A stretch of DNA of 64,000 nt from Trichoplax adhaerens (Eukaryota > Animalia > Placozoa): assembly GCF_000150275.1 (NCBI RefSeq), contig NW_002060951.1, positions 2,242,297 to 2,306,296 of the forward strand, in the 5' to 3' direction. The notes under the pieces were generated by a model, which saw only the letters and a list, made by a program, of their open reading frames with translations, searched no databases and was not told the DNA's origin. Position numbers and translations under genes: made by a program. Shown here piece by piece: positions 54,201 to 64,000 of this stretch (position 1 is its first letter; each line of letters opens with the position of its first letter).

Positions 54201-55456
54201 TATTTTCTTAAAAACGTTAATTTATACATCGTATAAACACTGGACTAATCTAATTTTAATGAAACTATACTTACATATACGCTGGTTAAGACTAATTATA
54301 ATTATTAGTATCTTATTCTATTAGCAAGATAGAGCCCGTGAGATGTTGAAAGTATGAAAGCTGTACACTGTGAAAGTATTCTAAACAGACCTAATGTAGT
54401 AAGATTGTACAGAATTTGGAAGCAATTCAAATACATATACTGCAATAGGATATAGTTTCTACCAAACTGCAATACAAGTTGAAAAATAATAAATTACGTA
54501 TATCCTTGAGTACTGTACTACTTAGTCAGTACTTACTTTCCTTAAGGTTCAGTATACGAATCCTACTATAAATTTTATTCTACGTTGACTGTATTTTATA
54601 GCATTTACGCTATATAACATACTTCAGCTCGTTAGTCTACTGTAAATTTATATAGTGCAGCACACACAAAAATCGAGTAAGTATTTACAGAAACGAAAAC
54701 TGTATAGTATATATCTACATGACTTCCTAAATAGTTTGGTAGAAGTGTGACGAAAAAGATAGGCGTAGCTAAGACAATCCAACTTTAGTTAATTAGAATA
54801 TACAGTAGGTGCTACTTGACGCTATTGCAATATAATTATGAAGATCAATCCCCCCAAATTTTCATCGTACCAGTTATCTAGATATTATATGTGCAATTTA
54901 AACACAAGGTGAAAGTAACTTAAGAACTATATTTGTTTCTTCTTTTAGTTTTTAACTCTTCATCATAACTTGCTTATCGGTGCAGCAAACTCTAATATAA
55001 CAATAGCTAAAATCACATAAGCAGCGTGTTATGCAAGCTTTAGAGAGTCAAGTGTAAAATAATTATAGCTAAGATTTGCTCTAAAACTCTAAATATATTA
55101 AAGTCGAATCTCTGTTCTGTACAATATGGTGTTGATCAGAGACATTGAAGAAAATCTCTCACGCTAATTTCGTGCTTGCATACAGTACTGTACAATATCA
55201 GCGGTGCAAGTTACTGTGCGACAGGAAAGTTAGCAATATTTGGGTGCCGTACAGTATTATATGTTTCATAGAAAAAAATGACAAATTAGTCAGATATCAA
55301 TTTATATTAACTCACCTGTTTAAAATCAGTTTCTTTTGGTAATAAATCGTCGTAAATTTTCAAGAATTGGTCCACGTTATCGCCTCTTAATGCGTCTGCT
55401 AATGAGAATGATATGCCAATCCAATTCTGATTTTTGCTATGGTAATCATCCGCCAT
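51257..55456 (-). CDS. Uncharacterised, largely disordered Ser/Asn/Arg-rich protein, about 7 exons
   Basis: Exon 55456-55316 (MADDYHSK...KETDFKQ|gtgagt) splices in frame to the long exon 53342-52469. Five short in-phase exons follow and end ...VASSGQ* at 51257. I cannot assign a family with confidence. Confidence 0.75.
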
Positions 55457-55532
55457 TGACTAAATGACGAACTACGCAAGCGCAAAGGGTTGAAGCGGTA
55501 ATGTATCAGGTCTGTTATGGCCTGTAATGACT

Positions 55533-56050
55533 CTACTGTACTGTACACTGTACACTGTACTGTAGTGTACTGTACAGTACAATCTGATTATTTTCGATGT
55601 TTCCCCTCCGTTAAAAAATCAAAGTTGTACAGTACTGTATTCCGTTGAAATTCCTGTATAGTATTTATATAGACCTGTAGAATATAGAACTTATCTAGTT
55701 TGGGCCTGATTTAGCTTATACAATTATGTGTTTTCAGGGTGCCATCGAAAATAATCACACTCAGTACTGTACTGTACGTTGGGAGAAGAAACCTCTCTTT
55801 CCATACTGTATTCCATACCCTACCACTGATAGTACTGTATTGTACTGTACTGGATGTTCTATACGGTACTGTATTATTCTCTTTTTCTTCATGTAAGGAT
55901 CATAATGACTCTAAAAAAATTAGAATTACAGTACATTAGACTCTAATCGAAAACGACTGATACTGTACTGTACAGTACTGTACTGTACGGTACAAAACCG
56001 TACAGTATATTTGTACAGTACATCGTACTGTACAATATGACTGTACAGTA
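55533..56050. repeat. TACAG/TACTG array enclosing a 15-bp inverted-repeat element
   Basis: The array lies upstream of the ATG at 55456(-). tgattattttcgatg (55585-55599) is the exact reverse complement of catcgaaaataatca (55743-55757). Confidence 0.85.
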
Positions 56051-58287
56051 TTGTCCAGTCAGTTGCACGTAAATTTGGTCAAACACAAGTCAAATCATGG
56101 TTCAAATACGGTTTTCGTAGATCAACTCCCAACCGTGTGGTATACTGAATAGATGGGGAACTGCGTAAAGTGGTTAATCAAACTATTAATTAATTAAATA
56201 CTGTACTAATGATTGCCTGCTGTGTTAATAAATATGCGTATATAGTAGACGGAGATACTACCCCTTCGTTGGTTTTCTTATCCGTATTACGAAGCTGGTG
56301 CATTAAGTAAATTGATAAGTCCATCTAGGGAACACTAAAATATGACAAAAGCTGAGATACTTGCAGTATTACAGTGACGCAGGTCCATAAACTATAACCG
56401 ATACTTATCTGGACATTGATAAAGTACCTTTCAAAATCCTAATTACTCTTTAACCGTACTATAAAAAATAAAATTAAATTAGGAATCAATATTTTTACGC
56501 ATGAAATAGAGTGCTATAGTACCGGAAGTACGGTACGGAAGTACATGACGTAGTCAGTAAACAGTACTGTACCTGGTAAACCAAGATACAGTTTGGGTAC
56601 CTGTCTCAGACACTGTAATCCATAATGCCAACTACAAATGACAAGTTCTCAGTATAGGGTAATAAGTTAACAAACAGGCTTGGCAAGTCAGCCTAGTCTA
56701 ATCATGGACTAGCTCAGTACAGTACAGTACAGTACTGCGCCATGATCACATTTGCAGCATGTCAGTATGACTGACAAGAAATATTGTTCGAGCACAAAAA
56801 TTTTTCGGCATGGCATGGGGCAATTCATGAATTTGATTCATTTTTTAATGACTAAAAATCGAAATTTTACAGTTAATAATCGTAATATTGATCTTGGAGA
56901 TGAAAGTTACCTCATTCAATGCACTATTTTTCACTGCCTTATACACAACATGTACATTGTACAGTGTCTGCGCGAATAAGTAGAGAACTGTACATAAGAA
57001 ATCTCGCTTTACAACCGCAAGTGCTCAATGATATTACAGTAATGAATCAATTAATAATGCAATTAATGAGAGTAATAGGAGTGGTATTCCGCAACTAAAT
57101 TTTAATAAATTGGTTATTGGTATTTTTATTAATTTTTACCGCAGTATTGAGCTATTTTATTTCTTTCAAATTTCTAATACAAACCAACAGTCACTAGTGC
57201 ATATACGGTCGGTTCAACCAGTATACATAGCTCACGCAGTAATCGTGGTCATAACTACAAAGTTACTATTTTTTTATTCTTGAGGCCTACAGTTGTTTAA
57301 TTACTGTACCCCACCTCAATGTTAATTATACTGTATGTTATTTATTATCATGATAACTTTTGTCACATAAACTGTAAATTAAAAATGAATTTGCATAAGC
57401 ATTTATGAACAGACGTTCATGGGAAATCACAGCGATTGTTTCTGTTAGCATTTTTTGGATGTAAGAATTTGTTGGTGTACTTCTACCAACGGCTATACGA
57501 AGTATAATATAGTGAATTGATTATTGCTGTCGAGCACTATTAAAAGCATTATTAAATGAAGGGTTAACGTTTACGTAAGGCAATAAGCACGCAGTTTAAT
57601 GCAATGCTTAAGATCACGTACTGCAATAAAGGCGTTTTGCGATATTTTGCAACGCTGCTAGTTGATAGCAAGACATACAATACAGTGTTACGCGTAAACT
57701 TCCACTGAAGAGCTTTGCCTAGTTGTTCAAGCTATTGCTAAATTACGTATTTAATTTATTCTTGTATGTGGCAATCTTATCCGCCGTCTATGTTCGTCTT
57801 ATCTAACTCAAGAAGGTACAGTAGACTCATTTAAACCTTGCTCTCTACTCAATAATTTTGGCAATAAATAGAATACATACGAGGCTGCAAAATTGAATAA
57901 AGGCACAATATTGCACTCAAAGAACAAACCCTCTTATACTGGTCCTGCATTACTGCCAAGATCAATAGATGATTATTCTACTTTTATTGTTTATTGTTCT
58001 TTCATTTACCAATAACGTCTACCCGCATTGACACCTTGCCTGTTATGTAATACACTATAAATAATGCATTAACTATACTACCCTTGGTGCTTATTTGTTA
58101 TCTTTTCTTCCTAAATTATAATACACATTAATACAAGTTCTACTTTTATCTTAAAACGCCTGTTCTAGCATAATTGTTCATAAATAATTTAGCAGCCATT
58201 GATTAAAATCCATCCAATTACAGTTGATCAACAACTCAACCCCTACGGTACAGTGCATTAGACCGTGCCATCCAGGCAAACAACAAG

Positions 58288-61200
58288 ATGGCGGAAGGGG
58301 TAAGATTCGATTCTATTTCATCGCTTATTCAGCATTATTACCTTGATATATTGATCATTCATCGTTCATCAAGTGATTTTTGATATCGATTTAGAACATG
58401 TTCGTGTGGATAAGTAACACTTTGTAATTCTTAGAAAGATAATTCCATCTCAAAAGATAGATTAAAATTGCTTGTGAAAATTTGATAACTTACTGTACTG
58501 TATACTGTGTAACACATACTGTACAGTACAGTACTGTATTATTACATTACACAGTACTGTACAGTATCACAAGACGGCGTTGATAGTTTACATAGTCCTT
58601 GTGAGTACTTTTTACCTGTTGAAGATTTTAACATTGTGTTCTTTCCTTTCCCTACGTATTCAAATGTTCACTCAAGGTATTAAAAAAATATCAATATTAA
58701 AATATCAGTGTAAGAAATTAGTCTCATTAGTTGTCGTAAATCGTACGTATAAGATTAAATCCTTTCATGTTTTAAGTCCTGTCGACAGAAGATTGGAAAT
58801 CTTTATCGTATCGAAACCATATTTCAAGATGTATTGATTGCATACCGTGTACTGTATAATAAGCATGAAAATAATCGTAAGGCCAATGTGTACAAATTCG
58901 TCTACACCTGATGTTTCTTAGCTTGGCTTTATTATAAACGCTAATGCTAAGTTTAGAAGGTATTTTTTCAACTTGCGTTCTTCTGCAGCAGACAAAACCA
59001 TATTACATTATACAGTACAAATATAGAAACGAATACCAGCTTTATCCATTCACCATTAAATGCAATATCGTAAATAGCCTTAATATTGTTTCGATAGTGT
59101 CCTCATATCTCTTTCTTCGTTCTTTTAAGAAATTATTAAATAATTGGGCGTACTTAATGTTTATAAATAAATTTACTTTACTAGGCTATTGACGATTTTG
59201 TAGCAAAGAACTTTAAGCTCTATCAGAAACCTCCGTCTAAAGAAAATAAGTAAGTTATTTACGGGAATAACTAGTTATCCACTTCGATACTCGTACTCGA
59301 AAATGATAACAATCCATTAAGATTTTTTCTTCTTGATTTTCTTCTAAAATCTAGTAAAAACTAGTACAACGTTTTTAAATCTAATCTATTAATTATGAAT
59401 AATCATATGTTATGTTTAATTAAACTTAAGATAATCAATCTTGTATAGATATATCTCACTTTTATCTATTACTATAGTATTACAGATGCTTACGGAGAAA
59501 TTGAATTCAATTACGCCGGATATGAAGCATCAAAGGCGAAGGTTTGTCAGTATTTACTATTTATTAACAATTAATATGTTAAGGTCGTTTTGCGAGTTTA
59601 TTTTTACTTTGCACTCTCATCTGCTTTATTAGTTTAGTACTTTCGTAACTACAGAGATATACCCTGATTAATCTTTTGTAGTATTTGTAGTTGTAATCTA
59701 ACTTATATAGCGCTTAAAAATAAAATAGTTTAAGATGATGCTCACTCCTATGTTGAACTAAGAATGGTAAAATAAATCAACGTACTGTTCTAATTATTTA
59801 ATTCTATGCTTGCTTAAATCCATCTTCAATAGAGCGCACAGTGTTTATTGTTTGTTTCTAAAGGTGTCGTTCTTGATAATGTATTATGTATCAAATTTGA
59901 GATTTTAAGATTAGCTTCGAATTTCCTTGCTTGAACAGTAACAGTTATTACCTGTTGAATATTTTCTGTATAACGCAATGACCTGCCTATGGAAGAAATA
60001 ATTTTGTAGACCTACGCGGTGCTAATGTACAGTATGCCTTGCAATGGGAATCAAAACATCCCATTATCCCATGTGTATTTTCTTTATAAATACTAGTAAC
60101 ATCCAATGCGTTGTATAATCAGAATAGATATAAGTTCCATTAAGAATTAATCAAACATAAACGGCCTTAAGCATGTAGTGATGGTATACGAGCCTTACCT
60201 CACATCAGTTAATATCCATGATTCATAGCAATGCTTATTATTTTCTTTCTACAACCGTGAAAGAGATTCTTGTTTATTTCGAAGTGAAGTAATTATGCAA
60301 TAATTTACTAAATAGTATCTTAAGACCTCCATTAACGCTGAAATAGCTAAAATTGGTGAGCTATTTCTTAATTACTGGAACATCCGTGAACCAGATTTGG
60401 TCATGTCGATGGTTGGTGGTTTCGAAAATTTACCAAGGAAACCTTCAATACTTCGATTAAATCAAAATCTTGCTGCAATAATGAAAAGAATATGCAGTTA
60501 TCATTCAACAGCTATCATAACAAGTGGATACTGTGAAGGTTTCATTCGCAGTACTGCCAAAGCAGTAAATAAACAAGGTACTATCATTGGTATACCTTCC
60601 TGGAATTCCGTTTTTAAGAAGGAGTTACTCACGAGTAAAAAGGTAACTTGTCAATATTAGAAGTAGCGATTTAAATTTCTATATTATTATGATTAGCGTA
60701 TGCCCACAAACAATGTTTGTGCGTTGAGGTTCGTCAAGCAATACTGTGCTGTATCGCTAGCTTAATACATTATAACCGTTCACACTGCATCTAGCAAATC
60801 AGAATCAGACAGCACGCACACGCACTGAATAAATCCAAAGCGGACACTGTTTTTTTTGTTATAGTATTCAAATAGATATAGATATTGGGCTGCATAGTCA
60901 ATGCATACAATATATCAAGAACGTTAGTAATTTATGCAGGTTGGTTAATCGTAAAAATATTGACAATATAAATTTATTGATAGTAAATATTTACGTCGTT
61001 AATGCGTATCTAAGTAATAAGTAAGTGCCGTCTGTGCCGATGAAACCATACAGCACAAAATGAACTAAGCTGCATGTTAGCAGCTAATTTGGATGTCCAT
61101 CGTGAACAGTATGGTATACAGCTGTAGACATGCGATACAGTTGAAATGGCTGGTAAAATACAGTAATTATTAAATTTGTGACAACCGCCTCCTGTCCCTG

Positions 61201-63810
61201 TCTTTTCCTTTTAGTAGTCTCTGGTGCGTATTCTATTGTACCTTAATTCTACGTAAGCAGGTTTTCTGCTAGTAGTAGATGAGTAACAGGTCAAATTACA
61301 TACTGGATACTGGTACATTAGTATGCGGTAGCTTGCTTTGCTAGCTCCAAATATTACAGTAATAATAATTTTTTTACGTCTATGTTGCATACTATCAGTA
61401 CAGTAGCCAATCAGAATGGGTATACATACAATTACCGTGCCCGTCTGACCGGCATGACAGAAAACGGATATAACATTTTTATATTGTATATATTGATAGA
61501 TAGATTTTAAAACGTTAGTGTACAGAAATTTTGCTTGTGAATGATTGACTTTTTCGCCTCAGTTTATGATGACATAAATATGATTAGGTTTTTGAATACG
61601 TAAGTCATCAATCTTGTAGGGTAAAGGGCGCTTTCCGGCTAAGTATGTCGTAAACAAACGGGAATCGACTGTTGGAGTATCCGCCCTACCGCTAGATCCG
61701 TGCCACAGTCATTTTTTGCTACCTGATGATGATAGCAACGGTTCTGAAGGAGAGGAAATTCCATTTCGCATCAAAATTGAAGAATTTCTCTCGAAGAAGC
61801 TTGTTCGCAGTAAGTTAAAAGTAGACGAATACTATTGATTAAACCATCCTAAATAACAAGATCATTAGAAAATTTACAATGAAAATACGGCTAATATTGA
61901 TAAAGGTCATAAGAGAACTCGGGTATTTAGCAAAGTCCCTATTGTCTGCATTGTGATTGGTGGAGATGAAAACACGTTCCGTTATGTTGATGAGGCTTTG
62001 CAAAAAAATCATCAAATCGTAATCGTTCCAGGAGGCGAAGGAGCTGCTGATATTATATGTAGTCATCTTAGCAATAAAAGGTTACAAACCCCTGTGTGTT
62101 GCATTAATGATACAAATTTTATCACTAGTCTTTAACTGCTTAGTTCTTTATTTTGCACAGCATAACAAAATTGAACGATGCAGCAAAGAAAAGTATACAA
62201 GAAGCTTTATGCAAAACTTTTAAATGGAGCGTTTCTAAAGATAATGATAAAATTGATCGATGCATCAAAGGGATAAAAGCGATACTATCTCATAGAAGCA
62301 AAGTAAGGTTCTGCGCTACAGCATTTAACAGCTATTTTAATTGTGCGATCTTGTAACACATAGCATTACTCTTGTTTATTGTATTATTGTTAATTATCAG
62401 TTACTAGAATCTCTTATATATATTTAGTAAATTATATTTATGTATAGAAAGCATTATCATTGGAGTTTCCCTAAAGTTTAGTTGCTTCAGTCTAATAGTG
62501 AGTTAGAACGCTATTCCCGCAAAATACTTCAATATTTTTAAATGTCAGGGATTATTTATAATTTTATGTATCAAGTCAATGTACAATATTCCCGATATAA
62601 TGTTACTTATCAGTGAATAGCTACGCATAGTATTAGGGTAATTTAGAAGTTATTACAATCATTTTCGTTTTATAGGTTACTATAGTTAAGGAGACTGCAA
62701 CCGCTGAAGTTCTGGAAAATGCCATCTTCAAATGTTTATATGGTAGATATCAACTATGCTATTTGTTTATAATATGCATGTTTTAGTGAAATATATAAGT
62801 TTTGACAATAAGTTAACCTAACATCGTTAATTGTTAAAACTGTATTAAGATGCTTTATTATGAATGATGTATTATTGTGTAAAGGAGAATATTGTGTTGC
62901 TATTATTAAGTCATTTTAACGTAGTTATATTGCATTACAACTAATTAGCTTTGGCTCAAAATAAGGAGGAGAAAAGAAGTTTAGAAGTTGTTTGGAATAA
63001 AGTCGACTTGGGCAAATTAATCAGTAATAATCTTGAAGTAAGTTAAATATATACAAGGATTGATGTAATAACATGAACTAATATTGTACATTGAAAGTCT
63101 TTCCATCATGCTTCGAATATCAACACAAGATTTGTAATCCACGTTCTGATATTTCTATTTAGGCAGAAGGGTCCGATGACGAAGAAGGTGAAAGTCAACT
63201 TGCCATCTTTAAATTTCCTGCGAAGAATATGTTATCATCTACTAATGCGCTTGCAAATAAAGACGGCAATGAAATCAATCGCTCATGGACCGATGCAGAA
63301 AAATATCGAGTGCAGAAAGATGCTGCTAAAGCGATAACGGCAAATAATGACACTGGAAAACCTTCCAAGAAATCTTCTAAGCCCAAAGATATTGCTATAA
63401 CAACTAATAAGGCCAGCAAAATTAATCAACGCAGTGTATCATCCCAAGATCTTAGTGGTCCTATTCCTAGTAAAAGATCACCTTTACCAAAGACGCCAGA
63501 GCATGAAGTTATTACTCAACCATCAGTGTCTCCGCGATCAAGAAAATCAAGCGGTGAAAGAAGCCAACATATTTCACGTTATAATGCGCTAACTGTATTA
63601 GATGCAACGATTAGAGATGGGTTAAAAGAAAATTTACGAGCTTTAATCACTACTAAACAAGTGCAAGCAGAGCAGGCTTTGGAAGTCGCGTTAACACGCG
63701 ATCATTTGACTGGAAATCATATTGCAATCGTTGATTTTTTGATCAAAAATGAGTTTATCGACATGTCGACTTTTGTAACGGCAGAAACATTAGAGAGAAT
63801 ATATGATAAA
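58288..63810 (+). CDS. Divergent TRPM-family channel, N-terminal part (MHR1-4); the gene continues beyond the window
   Basis: The exons encode TDAYGEIEF, YW..REPDLVMSMVGG, IGIPSW, LDPCHSHFLLPDD..EIPFRIKIEEFLS, VPIVCIVIGG, GAADIIC, VVWNKVDLGK and EQALEVAL..VDFLIKN..FVTAETLERIY, which are the TRPM homology-region motifs in order. The first micro-exon (58288-58299, MAEG) is tentative, and no pore region is visible. Confidence 0.8.
58491..58567. repeat. TACAG/TACTG array in the putative first intron of the TRPM gene
   Basis: tactgtactgtatactg...tactgtacagtacagtactgta...cagtactgtacagta. Confidence 0.8.
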
Positions 63811-64000
63811 GTAAGATTGTGCTGGACGCTATATGAAAATATCTTGACTTGCTATTCGGAAGATAACCGTATTTTGCAATATCAAATTACTTTATACTTA
63901 TTAGTATTTTTCTTACTTGCGTAGTTGAGTAGTAATAGCCAGTTACTAAACGATTCCTATTTATAAGACATATTGTCGTTCATTATTGAAGTAATTAAAT

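Overview
AT-rich, intron-containing animal DNA with compact GT-AG genes. It is probably placozoan (Trichoplax-like), but that is an inference from composition, gene compaction and repeat style, not a proven identification. By manual splicing I find 15 protein genes: a CXorf65/C22orf15-family gene (+), CUSTOS (-), four tandem FAXC/metaxin-like GST paralogs (+,-,+,+), GLT1D1 (+), NLE1 (-), TMED2 (+), MRPL18 (-), a RILPL1-like gene (+), BOLA2 (-), MRPL50 (+), an unassigned disordered protein (-) and the 5' part of a divergent TRPM channel (+) that runs off the window. Most genes sit in head-to-head pairs. The most striking non-coding signal is dense mixed arrays of TA-CAG-TA and TA-CTG-TA, with TA-CACTG-TA, TA-CAGTG-TA and TA-CAGCTG-TA variants, at housekeeping promoters. 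These match Tc1/mariner excision footprints, and one empty-versus-filled site pair is visible between two copies of a dispersed promoter repeat. Several hairpins and MITE-like inverted repeats also occur. I recognised no rRNA, tRNA, CRISPR array or transposase. All homology calls come from motif recognition, not database searches.
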